DNA from: the human T2T-CHM13v2.0 reference genome, Homo sapiens
NCBI RefSeq assembly: GCF_009914755.1
Contig: NC_060934.1
Reading direction: 5' to 3' (one strand)
Length of the DNA: 64,000 nucleotides
Position numbers and translations under genes: made by a program. The notes beneath the pieces are model-generated. The model made no database searches and was not told the origin of the DNA. It saw only the letters and a list, made by a program, of their open reading frames with translations. Below are positions 1 through 13,488 of the stretch, piece by piece; position 1 is the first letter of the stretch; the number at the start of each line of letters is the position of its first letter.

Positions 1-680
<680 letters not shown>

Positions 681-2179
681 CTACCTCTATTGAACATATT
701 TAGCGAACTGGATATTGCAACGTCAATCTGAAACAATGGCAAAATGAAAAAGGAGGCTACAACAACCACAAAGAGGTGTGTGATGCTAATCATGAGTTTG
801 ACAGAAGCAGAACTTCTCAGTATTCCTCAACTTCATACGATAAGAATAGTCCCAATTATAACAGTCAAATTAGTAATATTCTTGAAATAATAATTAAATT
901 TTTTATTTTAAAATTCCGAACTGTATCTCTTTCTCTCTCTCTCATATTCCAGGTACATATTCACCAGATATTTCTAATCTGCCATTTCATCTCCTGAGAA
1001 ATACCCATCAGAAAGGAGAACAACTATTGTATAAAATCGGTTCTTATTCTTTGGTGAGATGGAGCCCTCGATGAATGGTCATTGAGTTTTGTGGTTTGAA
1101 AACCAACTCCTTTTACATTTGGTTATGAAAACCCGAGTTTTTCATACCTGTTAACCTCTTGGTAAGCTGATAAACCTGTATTTCTGAAACTGCAAAACTG
1201 AGACTCACAGGAAGCCACTGGGGTATATCAAGCTTTACAAGTGTTCCTCCTCTTATCCTGGGTTGCCTTTCACAAAACAGTTCCTAAGGATGACCAATAA
1301 GACATAGGAAGCAGAGAATTTTCATAAATTTAGCAGTGTCTAAATAATCAGAAAGATCAAAAATCCTTTCAGAGTTGATAGAGGGTTCCTGTATAATTCA
1401 GCAAGTGACCTCAATAGAAACATTGTGCCACAGGCTTCCCTTTGGCAAAACCAGAAAAGAATTTGTGATTGTTTACTTAGAGAAAAAATATTTTCTTATG
1501 AGCTAAAGAGCCAAATACAACCGTCTATGGCATTTCCAAGAGAACCACTTTTTGCCTTCATGAGAGCTTCATCATGCTACCATATCTCCTTATCTAGAGA
1601 ATATTTTAAAGACATTTTTAAAATTAAGAGTGTCAGTAACCAAAACACAAAGACTATAAATTGAATTAGGAGATGCCATGGTCCTACAGTCAAGAGATTT
1701 TTCATTATGGGAATCCTTGCATTTAAAGTAGAGGAATTTTAAATCCTTTGTCTAAGTCTACAGGATATAATAAATACATATTTTTTCTAAAATTAATAAT
1801 TCGAAGGGTTTTGCATGAAACTGAAGACTAACTTTTAAATTAAACTAGTATTATGCATTCTAATAATTGAATGCTTCAATTCATAATTGACTTTTTAAGC
1901 TATTTCATAGAATACAGTGAGAAAGAGATTGCCAAAGCCCACATCATCAACATAAGTAGGATTCTATAAACGAGACCTGCAGATGAGTATTTAAATTTAG
2001 GTTTATGCATACAATTTAGTTATTTTAGATGGGGTTGATGCAGAGATTTTTTTTTTCCAACGAGAGATGAAAGAAAACCCAGAACTGAATTGCCCACAAG
2101 TCTTTTGAGTTATGAAGTAATTTGAGAATAGAAATTTCTTCTATGTAATTCACCTTTTCATTCTGGGATTATAGTTGTG

Positions 2180-3545
2180 GTACTAGAATAAGCATGAGCA
2201 TATTGTTCAATGGAGTAGAATTGGGAGTCCCTACATCTATGGCCAATGTATTTCAACAAGGGCACTAAGACAATTTAAGAGGAAAAGAGGAGTCTTTTCA
2301 ACAAATGGTGCTGGGACAACTACATGTACACATGCAAAGAATGAAATTGGATCCCTAACTCACACCATATACAAAAATTAACTCAAAATGGATCAAAAAC
2401 CCAAATGTAAAACCTAAAGCCATAAAACTCTTAGAAAAAATACAGACCTTAATTTTTGTGATCTTGGATTGGGTAATGGATTCTTAGATATGACAACAAA
2501 AACACAACCAACAAAAGAAAAAATAAAGTGGACATGGACATCACCAAAATTAAACACTTTTATGCTTCAAAATATACTAACAAGAAAGTGAAAATACAAA
2601 CCACAGAATTGAAGAAAATATTTGCCTATCATATATCTGATATGGTTCTAACATCCAGAATGTATAAAGAATTCTTAAAATGCAACAATAAAAAGAAAAA
2701 TAATCAATTTTTAAGTGGGAAAAGGATTTGTAGACATTCCTCTAAAGAAGATATACAAATGGCAAATAAACACATGAAAAAAATGCTCAATATCATTAGT
2801 CATTAGGGAAATGTAAATCAAATCACAATGAGGTGTCCCTTCATATCAATGAGGATGGCAACAATAAAAAAGATGGACAATAACCAGTGTTGGCCAGGAC
2901 ATGGATAAATTGGAACTCTTATACAGTGCTGGTGGGAATACAGAGTGATGCAGCCACTCAGAAAAGCAACTGGTAGCTCCTCAAGATGTCAAACATTGAG
3001 TCATCATATGGCCACACAGAAAAGTTTCTGTAATGTCCATGCAGGACATACAGTACTGTCCATAGCAGCATAATTCATAATAGCAAAAAAATGGAAACAA
3101 TGCAAATGTCCATCAATTGATGAATAAACAAAATCTGATACATCCAATTAATGGAATATTATTTAGCCATAAAAAGGAACAAAGTATTGATACATGGTGT
3201 AAGATGGATGAATCTTGAAAACATTATGCTAACTTTTTTTATGGTTAAACATTATGCTTAAGAGAAAGCAGCCAGACACAAAAGGACATATATTATATGA
3301 TGCCACTCGTATGAAATGTACAGTATAGTAAATATATAGAGATAGAAAGCAGTAGCCAGAAACTGGGGTAATGGGGAATGGGGAATGAGGGCATGAGGGT
3401 GTTTTTTAGGGTGATGAAAACACGCTGGAATTAGTGATGATGGTTACATGAGTCTGTAAATACACTGACTTGTACACTTTAAATCGATAAATTTTATGGT
3501 ATGTGAATTACATCTTAATAACCATAAATACATTTTAAAATAAAG
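2180..3545 (+). mobile_element. L1 (L1MB-like) ORF2 end and 3' UTR fragment
   Basis: caacaaatggtgctgggacaac, cacaccatatacaaaaattaactcaaaatggatc; ORF 2528-2806 (KKIFAYHISD...SKEDIQMANKHMKK) resembles the L1 ORF2 C-terminus. Confidence 0.9.
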
Positions 3546-3727
3546 CATTACTAGCATAGAAACAAAGACACAGAGAATTAGCTGAATTTCCCAAAGTTAG
3601 CAGCAGAACCTGCATTCTGATTTGCAAATCCATGTATTTTAATCTATTCTTCACTGTGATTAGCTGCACCTAACCCAATTCCCATAGTGAAACTCTCATC
3701 TGGTTTCCGGTTAATTACTGAGGTTTT

Positions 3728-4355
3728 AGACCCAGCATAGTAGCTCATGACTGTAATCCCAGCACTTTGGGAGGCCAAGGCAGACGGATCACTTGAGGCT
3801 AGAAGTTCAAGACCAGCCTGGGCAACATAGCAGGACTCCATCGCTACAAAAAAATTAAAAATTAGCTGGGCAGGCTGGGCATGGTGGCTCATGCCTATAC
3901 TCCAAGCACTTTGGAAGGCCTAGGTGGGCAGATTGCTTGAATCCAGGAGTTCGAGACTAGCCTGGGCAACATGGTGAAATCCCATCTCTACTAAAAAGTG
4001 CAAAAATTAGCCACATACGGTGGCAAGTGCATGTAGCCTCAGCTACTCGAGGGGGCTGAGGTGAGAGGATCACTTGAGCCTGGGAGATCAAGGCTGCAGT
4101 GACCGAAGACCATGCCACTGCACTCCAGTCTGGGCAACAGAGGGAGACCCTATCTCAAAAAAAAAAAAAAATTAGTTGGCTATGATGGACTGCACTTGTA
4201 GTCCCAGCTGCTCAGGAAGCTGAGGCAGGAGGATCCCTTGAGCCCAGGGGTTAGAGGCTGCAGCAGAGAGCCATGATTACATCAGTGCACTCTAGCCTGG
4301 GTGACACAGCAAGACCCTGTCTCTAAAAAAAAAAGAAAAAGAAAAAAAAAAGAAA
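3728..4355 (+). mobile_element. AluJ-like element with a second Alu (3873-4170) nested at its linker
   Basis: Left arm 3728-3872, full Alu 3873-4170, then right arm 4171-4355. Confidence 0.9.
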
Positions 4356-5342
4356 TTGAAGTTTTATGTCAAATCTATTGGAAAGTATTTCCCTGCTTAC
4401 TCACTGTGTAAACTTCAGTTTACTTGAGATCCAAATTTACTCCTACATCATCAGTTTACTTAGGATCAACTTTTAAGTGAATTAGTAGACATTTACTGAG
4501 TACCTCCATGTGCCCAGTACTATGGCCATTGTTCAAAATGCTGAACTCAAGCTCAGTAAGTCAGGAAACTAGAAATACAGGTTGAGAAATCACTGGTCTA
4601 CAGGTGATAGTTAAATTGGATGAAATTGCTCAGGAAGAACACGCAGAGGGAGGAGAGGAGCTAGGCTGGAAGCCAGCGCACCTGGGCGTTTCGGAGCATC
4701 AGAAACCACCTACCAGTGACAGGTGCTGATAGGAAGTGATTAGTGAATGAGAGAGGTGAGAGAAAGTTATCCCACCTTATATTAAGCCTTACACCTTATC
4801 ACAGTGCATTGGTTTTGTTTGTTTGACATGGCTGTCTCCCTTGTTAATCCCTGAGATCCTCAGGGTTCTGACTTGCTCTATTGCAAAAAAGGTATTTAGA
4901 TAAGTCACCAGGGCCCTCCAAATTGTAAGATTCCATAGATTTTCTCCACTCCTTATTTAATCACTGCATTGCATTTGATACTGTTAACCAGTACATATCT
5001 CATTGTTTGTTACAATGTGGGCATAAAAATGGTGCTCCTCTCTTGGAAGCCCAGAAAGAACAGCCGCTTTGAACATAAGGCTGAACTGGCATGGCACAGA
5101 ATCCTCGCACTGTGTGCTACCACCTCTCCCCTACCCCCTCCTCCTCCCCGCAGTCCCCCACACCTTGCCCTCCACTGTCTCCCCTGCAGAACCAATTCCT
5201 TGCATAGCTCTTTGTGATGCTGCCTCTCTGAGGCTCTATCCAGGGGGCGCCACCACAAACGAAAAAGAAAGACCCAGGGTCTCTATTGAACAGAACAACA
5301 GTAGGGGAAGAGTCTTGGCTCCACCCAAAACATATCACTTTA

Positions 5343-5621
<279 letters not shown>

Positions 5622-6131
5622 CTATTCTACACTCATCCTGAGCCATTTCGTCTACTCTTATGTTGTCAGCCCTAATCTATATATTCATAATTAACTTATA
5701 TTTTTCAGATCTGCTCCTGAGCTCCAATGCCCTATATCCATCTCATCCTTGCACGTCTCAAATTCAGCATGCCAAAAAATGTTATTCTTTCTCCCAAAGA
5801 TATGTTTTTTCAACATGTCTGCTATCATATACCCTTTAACCCAAGCCCACAGTCTAGGAATCAACCTCTCTCTTTCTTTCTCTCCAAAAACCAATTGATA
5901 AGGAAATCCTCCTCTCCATTCTACCTCCATAACATATTTTAGATCCAGCAGCATGCTCATTAGTATGTCTCATTTTATATCCCCATCACTTCTCTCCTAA
6001 ATGACTACCACTAACTTATGGTCTCCTTACCTCCCACCACGCCTTTACTCCAATCTACAGAAAGATGGCGCTTTCTCAAATACAAAATCAAATATTTAAT
6101 TCACCAGATGAAAAATCTTTAGCGACCTATG

Positions 6132-6390
6132 CCATGGTTCTCAAATTTCCCATCAGGTCACCCTGGGACACCACAGGGAACAAACTCACAAGGTTGCTGT
6201 GGGATATTTTAAATGTTTGAGAGAAATACAGCCCCACCTATCAAACACCTCACAAATGACCACTAATATGTTGTTTAGACTTACCTACTTAACGACTGGA
6301 ATTGTGAAGTATGTCTTCTGGCTGAGGGCACCATGAACAAATTACGAAGATGCTACAGATGCAGTGAGCTGGAAAGTTTGGGAACCTATG
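6132..6390. mobile_element. hAT-Charlie-type DNA transposon relic (MITE)
   Basis: Degenerate terminal inverted repeats catggttctcaaattt ... aagtttgggaacctatg. Confidence 0.55.
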
Positions 6391-7040
6391 ACTTACCAAA
6401 CATCTTCAAGCCTCCTACGTTGGCATGAACTCATCTTTACCTACTGCTCCAGCCTTGTTTTGATCCTTACTGTGCCTTTCTTTTCCCCCCAGTCCTACAC
6501 TACAGCCAAGCAGACAGGCTTGGATCTCCCCAAATACATCCTTCTTGCCATCCTGATTGGTTAGGCCCTGAAACCTAAGAGAGTAGGGACCTGGAGCTCC
6601 CGGAGTCTAGGTGTGAGACCAGGTGCCCTTCATGGAACACAGATGAAGTAGATAAACCAGGAAGGGCATTCCAGAATTCTCATGCCTGATGGATTCTGTT
6701 TGAGTCGGATTCTACATGGATTCTACATGAGTTGGATTCTAATCTGAAGTTTGGAAAAAAAAAAAAAAAAAGCTTGAACATTCCTGGGAATTCCATGCAT
6801 ATTTGTCAGGCCAAGGGAAGGGAGGAGGCCAGCTCCGTCATCCCTACCCTGCCTGTGATTTTCTACAGAGGTCTGTATTATTCCAGGGGAGGAGGCAAAG
6901 AGACAACCAACCAGGAAAGTGAGATTGCTTTTATTAATGGCTGTATCACCCCTGTCCTTCCCTGAAAAGAGACATCACACCTGAGATCCAGAAATGGCTG
7001 CTCCTTTCTTTGTACCCCATTTTATCTCATTCATCATTCT

Positions 7041-7631
<591 letters not shown>

Positions 7632-7958
7632 CACGAAACATAATTTTATCGCAGTATCTATAACATTCTTTTGCACTTATTTATTCACCTGTCTGCCCCA
7701 CTAGGCTATAAACTTGTGAAGGTTCAGGACCATGCATGACTCATTTTTTCATTCTCTTTGCCCAGCAGAGTGACTAATACACAGTAAGTGATGAGTGGGT
7801 ATTTGATGAATACATAAATTTCAAAAAGGGTGTGGCTAAGCCCCACAAAAAGTTCAAGTAAGTTAGAAAATAAACACTGTCCATTGGATGAAAAAGTTCA
7901 GAAGTAACTGATGACATTACGCAAAGATATTTTAAGGGAGTGATGGCTTTCAGGGAGA

Positions 7959-8418
7959 TGTAGCTGACAGTGTTTACTGCCTACCCAAAAACCATTCCTC
8001 TGTTTCTTCTTTGCTTAACTGAATTCCAGTTTGATTTAGGCATTGAGCAAATTCCCTTTGATGTGGAAATGTGGGCCTCTACCCCAGATAAAGGGTGATA
8101 ATATGTCCCAGTTCTGGCTAATATGATGTAAGAGGAAATCCTTTGGTGGGGCATTTTGGAAAATATTATACTTCCTTGACGTGAGTAAGACTCACCAAGA
8201 ACAAATTTTCTGTTGCCTTCCCACCCAGCAGTCAGTGTGGTTTTTGTACTTACGGCAGCCATTTTGCAACTATGATATGAAGGTCAACTGAATCACAGAG
8301 GTGATATCACTGAACCCCCAAGAAAACACTAGCAACTCTTTATCTACAGACTTCTTGTCACATAAGAAAAATGAGCCTCTGTGTTAGCTGGGTTGTCTGT
8401 TACATTCTAACTGATATA
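7959..8418 (+). mobile_element. MaLR LTR (MLT1-type), old
   Basis: tgtagc start; ttctggctaat, gcagccattttg, agacttcttgtcacataagaaaaat, ctaactgatata end. Confidence 0.55.
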
Positions 8419-9466
8419 AGAAGAGAGAAAAGAGAGACAAATGAGAGACCACTGTTCTTAGTGAATATATTACAACTAGTACAGTTTGGTGGCTGCAGGA
8501 TACAGAGTTTGTTTGGTAATTTTGGAAAGAGGCTGGAAATGGAAAAGCAATGGGTTACAGGGGCTTCTAATGCCAATGAAGAGAAAGGCTTTAATTTTGT
8601 TGGCAATAGGGGGCTATAGAGGTTTTGGGGTAATGTTTTGGAACTTTAAGAAGAGTGCTTTGGCAGAAATCAGCAGGGTCTATATGTGCCCAAAGAGTGA
8701 TGCCTCAGAAGCAATGCATTTGGCATAATCATATTGGTATTGTCCACCACGAGAATCACTTGGTATACAAACCTGGCTCACTCAGTTCACACTGAATAAG
8801 CAAAACAATAACCACTTGGCTTCATGATGCTTTTCGACCTAAAATAAACACAAGGTATCAAAGCAAATGAAATGTTACATCTTTCCAGTGCTCCATATGA
8901 ATAATCCCTGTGGAAGTTATAAGTAAACAAAACTTCTGTTCATAAAAAGTATCAATGACAGATGTAAATACTGTATAAACTCCTGCCATATAAAAGGAGA
9001 AAATGAGATCTCACATATCCTTCCACAATACCAATTCCTGACACTTAGCACAACAAATTAGACACACTTAATAATTATTACACACTAGGCTTGAGATTAT
9101 TCAATAGTTTTTTAACCGTGTTTCTATAATGGTGTGGAGGTTTTTGTTTGCTCACTTTTTAAAAACATTTTCCACGATTTCATTATAGGAGAATAAATGC
9201 TCTTATACATAGTCATAGTTTCAAATATGTTTCTGTTCTTCTCATTTAAATCTACTCAGAAAACAAGCTTACAACAGAAGCCAAACTAGGAAAATCTCTG
9301 CTGTGAGTATCATATAATATTCAAACACTGCCCAGGAAAAACACTGGGGAATGGTGTTTTCTTTGCCCTCAAAGAAAAGCACGTGAACACCATCTTACAA
9401 GATTATTATTGACTAAGGAAAAGAAATGTGTCATTTGTTCATTCTTTAGACTAGGAATTGATGTTA

Positions 9467-9870
<404 letters not shown>

Positions 9871-10213
9871 GAGTTGTTGCCCCCTGGGCAGGAAGTTGTT
9901 GCCCTCTTCCTATTCCCCCTCCTTCCTTCTTTCTTTCTATCCCAAAGGAAATTACATTTTTTGAAGTTGATATGTATTCATCCTATTGATAGTACTATAC
10001 TTTCACTTCATATGTATATATCCTGGCCCACATCTTTTATTTATGAAATTCATTATACATAAATTAGTAAATTCTTTCTATATAAGTTATTTATACATTT
10101 TGAATATGAATCCTTCACCAAGTACATGCCTTGAAAATATCTTCTCAGTTTATCTTGTAACATTTTATGATATCTTTTGTCATGTAAAAAGTATTTTTAA
10201 AAATTTTTATATA

Positions 10214-10524
10214 CAGTCACATGGCACTCAACTACAGGGACATATTCTGAGAAATAGGTCCATAGGCAGTTTTGTCATGCTAACATCATAGAGTGTAATT
10301 ACACAAACCTAGATGGTTTGTATATGGTACAAGCCTATTGCTCCTAGGCTGCAAACCTGTACAGCATGTGACTGTATTGAATACTGTAGGCAATTGTAAC
10401 ACAATGGTATTTGTATAATTAGACACATCTACACATAGAAAAGGTACAGTAAATATACAATATTATAACCTTATGGGACTATTATCATGTATTGACTAAC
10501 ATATCATTATTTGGAGCATGACTG
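10214..10524 (+). mobile_element. Tigger3a-like Tc1/mariner DNA transposon
   Basis: Inverted termini cagtca...tgactg; diagnostic gcctattgctcctaggctgcaaacctgtacagcatgtgactgtattgaatactgtaggcaattgtaacacaatggt. Confidence 0.85.
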
Positions 10525-10577
10525 TCATCCAATTGATCATTTCCTTAATGGATTGTGTATTTTAATGTTTTGTTTAA

Positions 10578-10935
<358 letters not shown>

Positions 10936-12106
10936 TTAATTCTATTTTTCTTATTTAACTTTTTAATTGATCTGAAACTGAATTTGTATGTGGGCAAAAG
11001 AAGGGATCTAATTTTATTTTTTTCTTATGAATGTTTGTTTTCTAAATAAGAGAAAATAAAGGAAGCTCAATTGCTCTTTATAATCCGTAAACCCCTTAAC
11101 AACAGTCACTATGATTTATATTCATCCCATCAATACACTTCCTCAAAGTACTTTGAACATTACTGGTACATAATCTATATTTTTTGGAGAAGAGATACTT
11201 TTTTCCAGCCCCCATTGCTTAGACTATATACCAGTTGTCCACCTAAAATAATCTAAGTTGTGCTTAATTTATCCCCCTGAGCAGGAAATAGCATCTTAAT
11301 AGGATTAACTTGGTATAAGCACTGAATAATTCCAATTAAACTGAAGGGTATTAATCACTTCCCTAACTTTGCCCATTTTTAGAAAGTTCTTCTGGAGAAA
11401 AATCTACCTACTCATCAAGTTAGATTCATTTATTTATCTACGAGGAGAAATGCATAACAAAGAAGTAGGAACCTGGACTAAAAACACATTTTAACCTATT
11501 TTATAAGACTTTTAAAAATCAACTGTTTGAGTCAAAGAACTACCTGTACGAACCTCAAGTTGATTGATGTTTTTTAAGGGTACCAGTTTACAGATTTAGG
11601 CTCTCAACAGGGCCTAGTTGCATTGGTTTAGTCCTTGCCAACACCTATTTACTTTCTCCTTTCTTTTATAAAGAAACAGTCTGAAATTAAGATATGTTTG
11701 TAACCTAATTTTAATCAAAGGCAATTAATGAAAACCAAGAAAGGAAATTTTTTAAGGAAACATTCTAAGATGTTTTTGAAGAATACTTCTCTAACACTTT
11801 TTGAAAAGAATCTCCTTACAAAATTTTGCTCTTTTCAAACAGTTCCAGGGGCATTAGCATCTCACAGGGATGAACACCTGTTTTGTTTGTTTGTTTGTTT
11901 GTTTTGGGGGGGTGGTTTTTGTTTTTGTTTTTTTGCTCGAGGATGGGGTTCTAACAGACCATGGTGAGAAGATAAAACTAACCAGAAGGTGTGAGAATAA
12001 ACTGACAATTGTAAATAAAGTGAAATATAGTTGGTAAAAAAGAAAACACATAAAAACTTGGGAAGCAAAATCATTTTCTTTTCAAACACTGCATGTAAAC
12101 TAATTT

Positions 12107-12163
12107 TTATTTATTTATTTATTTATCTATCTATCTATCTATTTATTTATTTATTTATTTATT
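12107..12163. repeat. Compound (TTTA)n/(TCTA)n microsatellite
   Basis: Seen directly. Confidence 0.9.
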
Positions 12164-12736
12164 TACCACGACTAAGGAGAGTCACTCAGATAGAAAAGAT
12201 GTCATTGCTTCCAGCTTTTTACTGAGGGAAGCCCGTCACTTGAAATTGCTTCTATTAGCAGGTTCCCTAATAAAACCAAGGCAAATCCTGCACAGCCTCA
12301 AAAAAAAAAAAAAAGTTTCTACTACGATTCTGCAGTCAGTATCACCGTCTGTTTTATCTTTAATGTAGCAACGTATTTTTCATGGTTCCGCTTAACAGCG
12401 CTTAGAGACCTTGAACTTCAAAATCAGAATGCATCTTAGAGGAACTATCCCAGCACCACAATTTGGGGACGTGGGGACGTTGTGTATTCAAAAGCATTAA
12501 TCTGTTTTGACTTCATCCTTTCTTTAAAAGGATCAAAAGTCAGCCATAAGTGTAAAAGAAAAACTAATTTTAAAAAAGTTTAGCCTTAAAAACATAACTA
12601 TCTCAGCGCGTGGGGGTTCCCTCTGTTCAAAAGAAAACAAGAAAAAAAAAAGATGGACATTGCTGTCTTCTTTGCACGCTTCTCTTAAAATCCTCATTGG
12701 AAGCCCCCCTGGGAAAATGAGACTCCGATTTCTCAC

Positions 12737-13430
12737 CTGTTTAAAATCACGCCACAGCAACGAATCACTGCAAAAGCAAGGTTCTAACTTAAAACAAAAA
12801 GAGAAAGTATTCGCTTCTGCGGAGAACCCGAGCCTCCTCCTGGGCGGGCGACGCTCGGCTGATGGGACCGGGCCGCGCAAGCCTCGGATGCAGCCGGGTG
12901 GGGGGCACCAGGCGCTAGGCGAAGGAGCGCAGGACCAAAGGAGATGCTTGGCTCCTAAGATAACACCTTTAAAAAGAAGAAGAAGAAAGAAAGAAAAACA
13001 AACAAACAAACTCGATACTTAGCCTCACGATCCTTGCCACCCCCTCCCTGCTCCGCCACCCACACACAAAATAAAGTGAGCCGGGCGGGGGAGTGCGCGC
13101 CCTGAAAGGGAACAAGAAGCAAGGCGCCTGTGACACAAAATGGAGAAAGAGGAACCGGGAGTGGAAAGGAAGAAGGAAAACCGAGTAAAGGAGGTTATTC
13201 ATAAGAACAGGAAAGGGGCCGAGGGGTAGAGAACACCCGAAGGAAAGCGCAGGAGGCCCTCGTGAGAGGGCAAGGGGGAAAAGATCGACGAAGTAAGAGC
13301 GAAAAGAGGAAAGGAAAGAAAGACTTTCTAGATGCGGAGTCTCCATTTTCAGCAGCGCCATATTCGCTTTTCCTCTCGCCGCTTTTGGCTGGGTTTTGTG
13401 TGCGGCGGTGGACAGGCGCCAGCACATTTC
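12737..13430 (-). other. Probable 5' non-coding exon(s) of an unidentified minus-strand gene
   Basis: Consensus donor CAG|GTGAGA (exon end 12737). Polypyrimidine-AG acceptors on the minus strand before 12966, 13101 and 13127. YY1 sites read ATGG on the minus strand. TSS position is inferred. Confidence 0.6.
13341..13364 (-). promoter_or_regulatory. Tandem YY1 motifs (AATATGGCG at 13356-13364; AAAATGGAG at 13341-13349)
   Basis: Match to the YY1 consensus AANATGGCG; one full and one partial site. Confidence 0.65.
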
Positions 13431-13460
13431 TGCAGCTTCAGCAGCTCTGCTCAGACACCT

Positions 13461-13488
13461 GGGGAGGGCCGCAGGGCCCGGGCGGGGG
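13461..13488 (+). other. Canonical G-quadruplex motif (five G-tracts)
   Basis: GGGGAGGGCCGCAGGGCCCGGGCGGGGG. Confidence 0.7.

Noticed and set aside
12737-13430. Assigning a gene symbol to the minus-strand gene
   Set aside because: No coding exon lies in the window and I do not reliably recognise the 5'UTR.
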